A program made the translations under genes and the position numbers. The notes under the pieces were generated by a model that did no database searches, was not told the origin of the DNA, and worked only from the letters and a program-made list of their open reading frames with translations. Of a stretch of 64,000 nt of DNA, positions 37,416 through 49,045 are shown in pieces. The DNA is from Camelus ferus (Eukaryota), in assembly GCF_009834535.1 (NCBI RefSeq), contig NC_045728.1, forward strand, positions 7,564,001 through 7,628,000. Direction: 5' to 3'. The stretch's first letter is position 1; each line of letters begins with the position of its first letter.

Positions 37416-37885
37416 TGTAAAGGAAAAGAATGTTGCTTTCAATGGTGTTTTGGTTTTTTTTAATATATTTTTATTGAAGTATAGACAATGGAATACTACT
37501 TAGCCATAAAAAATAATAAAATAATGCCATTTGCAGCTTTCTGTGGTGTTTTACAAGGATTAAGTCATTGGCCACTGTGGTCCCCGACCTAGAGTAAACT
37601 CTGAAAGGTATTCAAGGACAAGGAACAAGATAGGGCATTCTGTGCTTTGGGAAAACAGGCAGAATGGGCCCTACTCAGATAGTCAAATATATTTCAGGAG
37701 GAGTTGTTCTGAACCCAGATTTTTGCACCTTCCAGTACTTCCAAAGTGCTAAAATCATTAGCTGAGATGTCTATTCCTTGTGATTAGCAGTAACCTTCTA
37801 CAGAGATGTGTGCTGGATGGCACGTACCCCTTCACCAAGTCACATATATACTGGCCTCTCCCCTGCCTCTTCAGAGCAGCTCCTT
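37416..37885 (+). mobile_element. Second, partial ERV1-class LTR interrupted by a micro-L1
   Basis: Starts tgtaaaggaaaagaatgttgc; contains ctaaaatcattagctgagatgtctattccttgtgattagcagtaa and catatatactggcctctcccctgcctcttcagagcag, resembling an artiodactyl LTR family from memory. Confidence 0.55.
37452..37535. mobile_element. 84-bp inverted (twin-primed) L1 insertion with 17-bp TSD
   Basis: Antisense T-tail plus attgaagtatag fused to sense acaatggaatactacttagccat...gccatttgcagc; flanked by gctttcaatggtgtttt / gctttctgtggtgtttt. Confidence 0.8.
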
Positions 37886-38628
37886 TTCTTCTTTAGTGAA
37901 TGAGTAAAGGTGTACAGCAGGACTTTCTCAGTTAGATTATTGGGTTTTGTTTGCCCTTGTTTTTATTATTTAACTCTTCATCCATCTGATACTCATTTTG
38001 GTATATATTTTGAGTTTAGATATTTCCCTCAAAAAATGAGTTTTCCTAAATTTAGAATAAGCCTCTCTTTTTAATTGGTTTAAGATAGATATGTCTTTAA
38101 ATGCTAAGTTCTAACAAATGTTATTATTGTTGTTTTTCTTTTTTTAATTATATGAATCCTTTGTAAGTGATTGTAAGTGTAAGTGAGGATTTTCAATCAG
38201 TAAATATCCCTGGTTTTAACAGATAATACTTGAGATCTTCCAGAGCATGTTGAGGGTGTGATAATTCTTTGTTAAAAGTTATCTTCATAATTTCTCAGAC
38301 CCTGGACCTCTGGCACTAAAAGAATACTTGTTTTGTGAGGCCAAGGGATGTCTGCTCAAGACTGATATACAGTTGCTCCCCTACGATAGGTGAGAGCTGA
38401 GTGTTTACTCATGTGTCTCTCTAGGACCTTTCTCAGTGAGCATCTAGGGCCTTTGTCCTCCTGTGCACTCCTAGTTTGGTATCCCAGTCTTCCCTGGAGG
38501 CGAACAGGTTCAGAGGAGTTTATCAGAGCATCCATCCCTCAGAGCCCCAGCCGTCTGCCTCCCCTAGCCGAGCAGGGGAGAGTCAGGACAGCTTTTGAAT
38601 CAGCGGTGAAGCTCAGAGACATATCCGC

Positions 38629-39019
38629 TGTATGAGTTTCCTATTGCTGCTGTAAAAAACATTACCACAAACGTAGTTAATGGCTTCAAACATTGGCAAT
38701 TTATCGTTTTACAGTTCTGGAGGTTAGAAGTCCATAATGAGTGTCACTACGCTAAAATCAGGGTGTTGGTAGGGCTGAGTTCCTTCTCAGCTCTCATTTC
38801 TCTGGTTCTCCTCTGCCTCCCTCCTCCACTTAGAGAAATCTTTGTAACTACACTGGGCTCACCCAGATCATCTCAGTTATTCCCTCATGTCAGAGTCAGC
38901 TGATGAACAACCTAATTCATTTGCAGTCTTAGTTCCCCTGTGTCAGCGACCTGACACGTTCACAGGTTTTGGAGATTCGGCCACGGGCATCTTGGGGAAG
39001 CCTTATTCTGCCTACAACA
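38629..39019 (-). mobile_element. MLT1 (ERVL-MaLR) LTR
   Basis: tgtatgagtttcctattgctgctgtaa...ttacagttctggaggttagaagtcc...ttattctgcctacaaca follows the MLT1 pattern end to end. Confidence 0.85.
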
Positions 39020-41624
39020 CCAACTGACAAGTTTCTCCACCAACTGATAGTAGAGCTACCAGATTCCACCGCTAGTCAGTTCTTCCTGGACAGGAAGGTC
39101 AAATCACACCCAAAGATCATCAGGAACACGCAAGAAATCCACCCAAGCAGGGTTTCTAGAATTCATAAGCAAATCCGCATAGCTCTTTATTTACATCCAC
39201 CGAGAGTGGGTCACTGAAAATGTCAGCTCATTCACAAATTGAGGGATCTGAAAGGCAATACATTTCTTTAACTGCTCAAAAATATTAGACAAGTCTTTGA
39301 AATTACTCCATTTTTGCTTCAAAAATTGAGAGCTGAGTTGTTGTCAGAGGTGCAGCAGGGGCAGGAGGGCACAGAACCTGAGAACATAAGCCTGACTCTC
39401 TCGCTTGTTTTGAATCCGACAAGCATTTCTGTTTTACACGTGTGCGAAACCGATGCCCAAACATGTTGCCATGGCCATCTGTACATGTTGCCAGAACAGC
39501 AGACATCTTCCCAGAAAGTGGATTTTGTAAAAACAAGGAAACAAAACAAAGCAGACAGACAACAGCAACAAAAATGTGCATTTGACTAATCAAAATCAAT
39601 AAATTATCTTGACTACTCACCTGTGACTGGCCCTGTACCAGGCCATAGGGAGAGGCTGATTTTAGAAAAACAGCTCTTCTGCAACTTGGAACCTAGTGGA
39701 GAACACAGCATTTTGCTCAGGAGAACACAAAGCAATAATCTCCAGTGAGACAGGTCTGAGTCAAGTCCTTAGAGTGAGTCTAAATGCCACACAGAGAGAA
39801 CAGGGGCCAAAAGGCTGGAGCCAGGCCGTGACACAAATGGAATAGGAGCAATGTTATAAGCAGTAGAAATGGATCTAGGACTTTTGGCATGATAGCATTA
39901 AATGCCTGCTGTTTGCATTGTCGTAGCTGTTCTGAACTCAGTTTTCAGTGTTGGGGAGAAGGGGTTTCCCCACACATTCAAGCAGTTTTCTGACACAAGT
40001 TTGCATGGAGAAAGAAACTGGAAAAGCAAGAGAAGGAAAGGGGAAAAGGCAATTATCTTTTTAAATGACCAAATTAAGAGGAAATGACACAGTTGTAGAG
40101 CACTGGTTTTCAACTGTATTGTCTGGACAAGGATTAATCCACATGGGACCTGAGATTCATGATGCAAGAGAATGAACAAGATTGATCTTTATAAAGTCTG
40201 AAATAACTTGAAATTTTGAGGATGAAAACAATTATTTAAAAATTAAAAATGGATTTATTATGGAATAGAACATAAAATATTCATGAATCACATTTTCAAA
40301 TAACCTTTAATATAAAACGAAATCTTAGAAAAATTCTAAGGTTGATGCAGATAATTTCAAGATAACTATCTTGCCTCCATCATCTGCTGTTCCCTCCCAA
40401 CTTCATCCCATCCTACACAATTTTCTCTTCACAGCCTTTTGAGTCGCTTCAATGGAATATTTTAAGAAACACTGGCCAATGGCACATAAGTAGGACCAAG
40501 AATCATGAGACTTGGGTTTGGAAACCAGTTCCACCCCAATTATTCCATTTCCTTAGTTATATGTCTTAGCTTTAACGTCTTTGAGTTACTTTTTTATCAG
40601 TACAATGAGGATAAGAGTGCAGAATTCAGAAATACATATTGATACATCACCAGGAAAAGCCTAGCAACTCTTCCAAAGGACAACATAGACTGATATTCGT
40701 GACCTTAGCACATTTATCACAATCTAGACTTCTGATCTTCAGTTTTGCAGTCTTGGAAACTTAATTTTCTCCTCACACAGAAAGGAAATTGATCTCTTAG
40801 GGGGTCAGTTTCACATTAACCAAGCACATAAAGCTGTGAGGCATAAAACCAGAATTCTATTTTATTAACTTTCCATGAATCCAGGATACTTACCATTGCT
40901 TAGAGAAATATTCTGCTGCACATGGGAAATCTGAATGCCAAAAGTTCAATTTAAAATGTGAATCGTAGTTCACTAACTAGCAAAATCTGCACCTGTGGTT
41001 TGTCTCCAATAAGATCTTCCTAAGAAGTCAAATTAAAAGGAAAACTGGTAAATTGCATCAAGTTGAACAGAATCCATTTTTCTCAGGCTTTGGATTTTAT
41101 TAGTCAGTAATATTCAATTAAGGCTACATATAAGGTTACCTACTTCTTATTTTGACAAGACATTAAAAATATAACTAAACTATAGCTACCATTAAAAAAG
41201 GAAGAAAGGAGGACATACAGTTTCAGAGGAAAAAAAAATACATCCTTTCCAAGGAAAGACAATGCCAACATTAAAATTTCAGTTTTATCATACTTTCAGA
41301 CTATTCCATAGACCAGAGTTGATAAATCACCAAATTAGGCATTTTAAATAGCTGTTGCATTCATCACTCAATATAAGTAATTTTCCAATGAGCTGGTAAT
41401 ACTTAGAATCAATTGGCTACAGCTTCCTTCACTCCTTTCTACATGAGAGTGGACTTGACCTTGAAACCAGAATATTTGGATAATGACAGAGGGAGGCACA
41501 CGGTAGATGTTTGACTGGAGTCAGCTTTTTCTCCAGCTCCTGCTCCTTTTTGTATCCTTGGTCTTCCCTCCTCTTTGCACATTTTCTCAGATGATAAAAT
41601 CAAAGATTCCAGTGCCTTCATTTA

Positions 41625-41765
41625 TAGCACATTTAGGCAGGCCAGGCTAAGCTATGATGTTCAGTAGGTTAGGCGTACTAAATGCATTTTTTTTTTACTT
41701 ACTGTATTTTCAATTTATGATGAGCTTATCAGGACGTAACACCGCTGTAAGTCAAGGAAGATCTG
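41625..41765 (-). mobile_element. TcMar-Tigger MITE end (MER47/Tigger5-like)
   Basis: ggctaagctatgatgttcagtaggttagg...gtaagtcaaggaagatctg followed by TA (terminal inverted repeat and TA target). Confidence 0.7.
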
Positions 41766-43194
41766 TACCTGATGCTTCTAGGGTTTCAGAAGATTCTCAA
41801 AGGATAGTTTGCTGTTAGGATTCACATCTAGCAGTTTCTCAAGAGGGGACTGTGGAGGTGAACTTGCATTATATCACAGTGAATCAGGAGGTACTCGAGC
41901 TGGAATTGTAATAATACAGCGCTAATTAGGCCAGAGGTACAAAGGGTTGAGGTAAAATTATGTGAAGTCCAGGCAATGAATGCAGTGGATCCAGTGAAAC
42001 CCACCTTTGCCTTCTGTAATGTTTCTGATCTAATCAGTGCCTTCCACAGAGCTGCTTTGTAGCCATCTGTGAACCAAAGTAGGTGTCTCTGATGTAGATC
42101 GAATAGGGAAGAGGTTACCTGAGACTAAGTATAATAAACATCACCTTTATAATTGTTTCTATTAGAAGAGGAGAATTGTTTGGTAAGTAATTAAATGAAC
42201 CCTGAAGCATGAACAAGCATAGCTTGAGCTGTTAACAAGCTCAAGTGCATATTGAAGGTTCAGATCCAGGTGCTAAAGAAAAGGCAACAACACCTTTAAA
42301 GTCATGGGTAGAAGGAAATCCTTAGTCTTGGAGGATGCCATGGAGATTACATACTCCAGAGGCCTTCCAACTTTTCCCAGTGGAATTTTGCCAAGAAATA
42401 CAACAGGTATAGCAGGTAAAAGGGAAATTTTCTCTATACTTAACATGAAGCCTTAGAATAAATTCACTGGCGCCTTGGGGCTCCTTGAATCATACTTGGA
42501 AAACCACTGGCTCAGTCTAATTATCTGACCTGATAAAAATGCATTTTATCACATTAATAACCACTCTATTAGTGGACAGTGAAATGGAAACATCCAGCCT
42601 AGAATACTAGCCACAAAGCTTTTCACTTTCCTTACACAGTTGGAACTCATCTTATTTGCCTAAGAACCTTAAGGCAGAGAAAGCAAGGATGAGAAAAATC
42701 ATGGGGTGCAGAGGAGAACATGTCCATTGACAAATCCTAAGTTATTCCCTTTTTTACACAGTTGAAAAGGAAAAAGAGAACACTTCATTTTGCCTCTGGC
42801 AATTAGTCTGTTAATATTAAAAGAGAAGGTCCTGTCATGCTCCCAATCAGTTATTTAAAGTTGCTTTCTTCTGTTTATTCCCTTTCCTCATAAACTTGGT
42901 CTCACGCATTGTTGGGAAAGGTGGGAGAAATGGTGCAATGGTCTTTTAGTGGCAGGAGGTTTTCCATAGAAGGAAAGCGAAATAACAACAACCCAGATGA
43001 TGTTATTTTGAAGCTGTGGGGAGGGGACTTCGGTAACACAAGAAAATAAAATAGACAAAGTGATGAAGTATTATGACATACTGGTCCACACCATTCAGCA
43101 TGCACTGCAAAGCCACATGTAAGGATTCCAGAATAAAATTTCCCATGTTGAGGGAGAAAGAATTCCATGTCATCAACCCATCCATCCGTTCTTA

Positions 43195-44127
43195 TTAAAT
43201 CTCAGGAATGTGATTTGTCCAGTGCAATATTTTTTTCAGGGCTGATTTTACTTCCTTATTCCTCAGGGTGTATATTAAAGGGTTCAGCATTGGTCCTACC
43301 AGATTCATCAGAATTTGGACCACAGTTCCCAGCATGGGGTTGGGGGTGGGCTGCAGGTAGACGGTAATGATGGGCCCATAGGCACAGAGGATGGCAATCA
43401 GGTGGGCACTGCATGTGGAGAAGGCACGGCGGCGGCCCTCTGTTGATCGAATACGCAAGATGGAGATGGAGATTCGCGTGTAGGATACAAGGATGAGGAG
43501 AAAGCAGACGAGAGATATTAGGCCCACGTTGGTGAAGCTCACCCTCTGGGCTAGGGATGTATCAGCACAGGCCAAGGGCAAGAGTGCTGGGATATCACAA
43601 AAGAAGTGATCCACTTCATTGGGACCACAATACGGCAAGGTGAAGGTCAGCCAGGTTAGGATACTGGAATGGACACATCCTAACAGCCACGTGCCCACAG
43701 CCAGGGCCACGCAGATTCTAGGGTTCATGATGACTGTGTACCGCAGAGGGTAACAGACAGCAGTGAAGCGGTCATAGGCCATCACGGTGTACAAGAAGCA
43801 CTCAATGCTGCCAAGAAAGTGGAAGAAGAAGAGCTGGGAGACACAGTCCTGGTAGGAGATGAGCGGGCTCAGTCCCACGAGGTAGAGCAGCATTTTAGGA
43901 CAGGTCACGGAAGAGAAACTCATGTCAAACACAGACAGGTTCCCCAGGAAGAAATACATGGGTGTGTGGAGGCGAGTGGAAGAAAGAACAGCCGTGAGAA
44001 TGGATGCATTTCCCAGCAGGGTGCAGGCGTAGAAGGGCAAGAACAGGACAAAGAGTGCGGGCTCCAGCCCCTCTGTGTGCGGGATGCCCAGGAGGATGAA
44101 CTCAGTCACCGCAGAGCGGTTCTCCAT
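43195..44127 (-). CDS. OR10D3: Olfactory receptor 10D3 orthologue, intact (310 aa)
   Basis: Long stretches match the recalled human OR10D3 ([99 protein letters not shown]). Confidence 0.9.
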   Translation of the reverse strand: MENRSAVTEFILLGIPHTEGLEPALFVLFLPFYACTLLGNASILTAVLSSTRLHTPMYFFLGNLSVFDMSFSSVTCPKMLLYLVGLSPLISYQDCVSQLFFFHFLGSIECFLYTVMAYDRFTAVCYPLRYTVIMNPRICVALAVGTWLLGCVHSSILTWLTFTLPYCGPNEVDHFFCDIPALLPLACADTSLAQRVSFTNVGLISLVCFLLILVSYTRISISILRIRSTEGRRRAFSTCSAHLIAILCAYGPIITVYLQPTPNPMLGTVVQILMNLVGPMLNPLIYTLRNKEVKSALKKILHWTNHIPEI

Positions 44128-45039
44128 CTCCCTCCGGGAGAGCCAGTCCTTGGGTAGGAAGAGGGAGCAGGAGACAGGGAAGGAGGTCCTGGCTGGATGT
44201 CAATGGAGTGAACACACTGGGAAATGAGATGTGTGATTTAAATGACAGTGTTTGGGCTAGGAGTTACGGAAACACTACTTACGAACCAAGTTTCAGGGCA
44301 TTTTAACTGGAATGTAGCTACCTTAGCCACCTTGATAATTTCTGTAACATATTTTTCCTGTGCTGATTCCAAATGCAAACATCCTTTATTAAAACAATAT
44401 TTTAAAAGAAATATGTTGGAGCAAGGATTTTAACAGGAAGGGTGGTACCCCCACAAATATGCACCCTCAGAATGGAGGGGTATCAGAAGCCTCACAATCA
44501 CCCTGGGGCTCATTATATCTCTAGGGGTACGAACTGTGACCTGAGAATCACTCTATTTGTGAACCGCTACAGCTGACAAAATTATATTTTATTCTTATCT
44601 CTGTTTTTTGGTGAGCCATAGGGTTAAATAATCAGCACATTACCACTTGAAATGTCTACACAACACGATTTCAGTTCATTTAATCCACACAGTAACTCTT
44701 TAGAAAAGAAAACATCTGGACATTAGACAGGCTACACAGTTCTACATTGAGGTCACTGTATGTGGCAGAACTAGGGATCTGAATTCTTCTTTCTTTCTTT
44801 CTTTATTTTTTAACATGAGTCTTTCCATTATGTGCATCTGTGATGGGCTATGATGTTACTAATCTTGTCAGATTTTGCGCCCGTCCCACCCCCGTGTTAT
44901 TCACGCTTTTCCTTTTGATGTCACAAATCTCTAAAAATGTTCCCACTCCTCCTTAGTAAGCAATGGAAATCCAGCCTGCCTGCCCCTGCACCACCACCAC
45001 CACCACACACATATACTGAAATACAAAGTCTAGAAGAGT

Positions 45040-45130
45040 AAATGCCTTTTCACGTGCACTTCTCTATCCTCAGTGCAGAAAGCGGTGCCCGGCACAGAGT
45101 AGGTCCTTAATAAATATTTGATGAATGAAA
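45040..45130 (+). mobile_element. L2 3' end
   Basis: gtgcccggcacagagtaggtccttaataaatatttgatgaatgaa. Confidence 0.65.
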
Positions 45131-45889
45131 CAGTGAAGCGACTCGCTCAGTAACTGGCAAGAAAGGATATCATTCAGTTGTTTTGTCTTGTACGAGGGCT
45201 TATATGACACCATCAGCTATTAATACTCCTAAACAACCCTGTAAAGAAGCTTAATCATATACCTGTTCATTCTTTGCACCATCCTCTGAATAGTCAGAGT
45301 TTGTCCCGGGTGTTTTATCAAGAGGAGTCGCACATGACAAAGAATTGGACAAAAGGTGTCAGGGTATAGGCTCACTTAGAGGGTCCAACCTTTTAATCTC
45401 TTTGAATTAAGACCAAATCTCTGGTTATAAAGGGCAATAGCAAGAAAGGAGTTTTTAGTTGACAAGCCAACATGGTGAGTTGAATAACAAACCAAGCAAA
45501 CGATGTCCTATTCTTGTGCCCAGTAGCCCCAAGTCCTTTTCATCCTGGACTCTGAGACCATTTGTAAACCAAGGACTCCAGATTCCCCTCTCCACTGGAA
45601 ACTTGAGGAAGAAAAGAGGAGTAGAAATTAAAGAGATGAGGGTGGCACTTCTGTAACTCACAAGGAGGGAGTGGATTCTTTTATTATCTGCCTCTCTGGG
45701 CTCATCCATCCATATTTGCCTTTAAGCCAGGGTCAGGGATCTCCTGCCATCATCTGGAAAGTTCTCTCTTCTTAGTGAAATAAACTGAGATTAAATGACA
45801 GAAAGCTGAAAGTACCTCTTGTCTTCTCAAAGATTTCTTCCAAGACACTGATAGCTACGTTGTTTTCTCATATGTGGAAATTTAAATGC

Positions 45890-45965
45890 TGTTGGGGCCC
45901 TTGGGATCCCCTTCCTGAATGAGTCCTGATTCAAGGGGGTTGTTGAGCAAAGGGAGTAATTAGAA
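45890..45965 (-). promoter_or_regulatory. Candidate OR10D3 promoter (O/E sites plus O/E-homeodomain composite)
   Basis: gCCCttGGGA (45897-45906), ttcaaggggg, gcaaaGGGAgTAATTAG (45947-45963); about 1.8 kb upstream of the ATG. Confidence 0.5.
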
Positions 45966-46549
45966 GTGGGTAAATGATCTAGCTGAAACACAATGTGGTT
46001 TTCCCCCTTGTAGCACGACTGTGATGTGAATAAGACAGAGCCATATCTACGCTTTTTATCTCTGTGACTGACCTTGGGAAGTACAGGAAAAGGTGAGAGG
46101 TACAGCTCAATCATCGTGGACATAGAGAAGCTACTCCCTCGGTTTTGGGGTTTATTTTTAGAATAGGAAATAATAATCGTAAGTCTGAGGCTTTTAACAT
46201 CTGATTTCACATACTTTGCCTCAGTTTGTCCATAGCTCTTCTACATTTCAAACTATGATGTTTTGGTTTAGAAATAGAATTTCCATTCTCAGACTCCTCA
46301 GCAAGGAATTTTGTCAATTGGCAGAGCTGGCTTCCCTGAGCGAGGAATTGTTCTCCACATGATTTTTCCAGAATTGTATCCATGTATTAATCAACAAATT
46401 CTTATTAATAACTCATACAACTATGCACAAAGCATGTCTGCTGCATCTGGAATTTCTCTTCTGTAACAGGAGTCAAGAACTTTGTCCCTTGAGAACTAAT
46501 GTTTGAAATGTAAGAATTGTTGATCTTGTATGTAGCAGAAAGCCACATA

Positions 46550-47755
46550 GTTTTCAAAGAACTAAAAATAAATAGATAAAAGCGTAAGTTAATGAGCTAG
46601 AGAAAATAAAAAGAGAAAGGATCAACAATGCCAAATTTTGGCTTTCTGAAAATACTAAGAAAATAGTTATGCCTTTGCAAAGATGATTAGTGGGAAAAAA
46701 AGAGAGCGATGACACATAGAAACAACATGAGGAATAGAAAATAGGACAAAAGCACATGGACTAAGCAGATTATATGATATATTAAAGTATTTTCAAATAA
46801 ATTTGAAAACTGATAAACTGAATAAAATCTTAGAAAGATACAACTTAGAACAGACTCAAAAAAGACATGGAAAATATAGATCATCATATGTACTAGTTTC
46901 AATTGTTGCATAGCAAATTACTCCAAACATTAGTGGTTTAAAATAACTATTTATTATTCCAGTTTCTGTGGGTCAGTAATGCAGGCACAGCTTAACTGGT
47001 TTGCTCTGGCTCAGAGTCTCATGAGGCTGCAGTTAAATTGTTGGCTGGAGTTATAATCTTCTTGAAGGCTTGACTGGGGAAGATTTACTTCCAAGGTTAA
47101 TCACATGGCTCTTGGCAGATGAGCCATAGGTCTGTCCATAGGTCTGCCTCACAGCATGACAGCTGGCTTCTCCCAAGGCAGTCAGTCAAGACATAGCAAG
47201 ACAGGGCAGTACACCCAAGATTGAAGCCAGTCTTTTATAACCTGATTTTGGAATCTCATCACCTCTGCCACATTCTATTCACTAAAAGCAAGTCACTAAA
47301 TCCAAGGGAAGTGATTATACAAGAACATGAATCCTAGAGAGTGGGCATCATAGGAGAGCATATTAGAGGCATTGTAGGACAGTGGGAGAGTGATGAACTA
47401 TTAAATCAATGGCGCTGGGACAACTGGCTATTCATATACTTTTTAAAGAAAGGAATTGAATTTTTACCTCATCGCAAACAAAAGTCAATTCCAGATGGAT
47501 TAAAGGCTTACAAGTGAAAATCAAAACAGTAAAAAAATTACATACATAAATTAAGGATAATAGATGACTTCTAAACAAGACACAAAAAACTCTGAAAGAG
47601 ATTATACTGGGAAAATTTGGTAAACCATTCACGTTAAAATAAGGCATTGATTGTATTAAAAAATACCTTAAAGCTAATAAAGAGAGGAACCACAAAGTAA
47701 AAAACTATTTGCCGTGCATTTTAACAATAAAAGATTAGTATCTAGAATACGTTAT
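46550..47755 (+). mobile_element. Old L1 ORF2 fragment split by an MLT1 LTR
   Basis: L1 phrases at 46550-46888 and 47381-47755 (tatttaatcaatggcgctgggacaactggcta, aattccagatggattaaagg). Confidence 0.7.
46889..47380 (-). mobile_element. MLT1F-like MaLR LTR
   Basis: tgtactagtttcaattgttgcatagcaaattactcc...ctgtgggtcagtaatgcaggcacagcttaactgg...ccacattctattcactaaaagcaagtcac. Confidence 0.8.
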
Positions 47756-47759
47756 CTGT

Positions 47760-47975
47760 GACAGAGCAATTTATACCCTGCATGGCATAGCCCGCCTGCA
47801 GCCTGTGTAACTGACGTTTCATTGGAACAAGCCTCATCTTGTTTCATTCGTTTACATATTTTCTGTGACTGTCTTCGTGCTATCATACCGGAATTCTGTG
47901 TTTGTGGCAGAGATCAATGGTCCCCAAAGCCTAAAATACTTACTGTCTGGACCTGTAGAGAAAAATGCCTGCTGA
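47760..47975 (+). mobile_element. MER58A-like hAT-Charlie MITE
   Basis: tttcattggaacaagcc...cattcgtttacatattttctgtgactg...ggcagagatcaatggtccccaaagcctaaaatacttactgtctggacctgtagagaaaaa. Confidence 0.75.
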
Positions 47976-48151
47976 AGGTCAGAGGTTTCTATCAGGATTG
48001 CTTCCCTGTCTCTATGGCAGAAAATACCTTACAACTGTCATAGATACTTTTTTTTTCAAATTAACACATAAATGGGAAGGGAAAAAAATCAGCTCTACTC
48101 CCAAGTGGACTAGAGACCGCCTCTGAAACAGCCGGTCCCCAGCCGGCTTCT

Positions 48152-49045
48152 TCAGGGCTCCCTTGACATCTTTGTCAGAGTGTAGATGTTGGGGTTTAGT
48201 GTGGGAGTGATGACATTTCCAAAGATTTGCATTGGGGTTGCCAGAACCTCGCTCAAAGATGGCTGGCTATAGATGAGTGCACAGGGCCCAAAGAACACCG
48301 TGACCCCTGAGAGGTGGGAAACACGGGTGGATGCCACCTTGTGCCCCCCTTCAGCAGTGTGCATCTGTAGGATGGCGATGACAATGTGGACATAGGAGGT
48401 CAGGATGAGGAGGAAACACATTGTGGGCAGAAGGCTAGTGTTGGTGAAGCTCACTGTCTCAATAATGAGGGTGTCACCACAGGCCAATTTGACAACAGGA
48501 AAGATGTCACAAAAGAAATAGTCTATCTCATTAGACCCACAGTATGGCAAGTGGAAGGTCAGTGCAGTGAGCATTGTGGCTTGAAAAGAGCTCACACACC
48601 AGATGCCAGCAGCCATCCCGGCACACACCTGACGGTTCACGATGATGGTGTAACGCAGTGGGTGGCAAATGGCTACAAACCAGTCCTAGGCCATCACCGA
48701 GTAGAGCAGGCACTCACTGCAGCCCAGGAAGTGGCAGCAAAAGACCTGGGACACGCAGCCCCCCAGGGAGATGACGCGGTTCTTCACCAGCAGGTTGGCG
48801 AACATCTTTGGGGTGCTCACAGCAGAGAAACCAATATCCAGCACAGAGAGGTTACAAAGAAAGAAACACATAGGAGTGTGGAGGCAGGAATCAAACATCA
48901 CAGCCACCAGGATGAGTGGGTTTCCTAGCAGAGCGCAGAGGTGGAAGGTGAGGAACACAACAGAGGGCACAGTTTGCTGGCCTTCTGCATGTGGGATGCC
49001 CGACAGGGTGAACTCTTTGACCGAAGTGTGATTCTTTACCTCCAT
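48152..49045 (-). pseudogene. OR10-family (OR10D/10G/10N-like) pseudogene
   Basis: In-frame TAG at 48688-48686 (MA*DWF for MAYDRF); an apparent 4-nt deletion in LRNKDV near 48175 shifts the C-terminus; many motif substitutions (HKVASTRVSHL for RKAFSTCxSHL). Confidence 0.9.

Noticed and set aside
42223-42245. Imperfect inverted repeat cttgagctgttaacaagctcaag
   Set aside because: Short and bulged; expected by chance in 64 kb.
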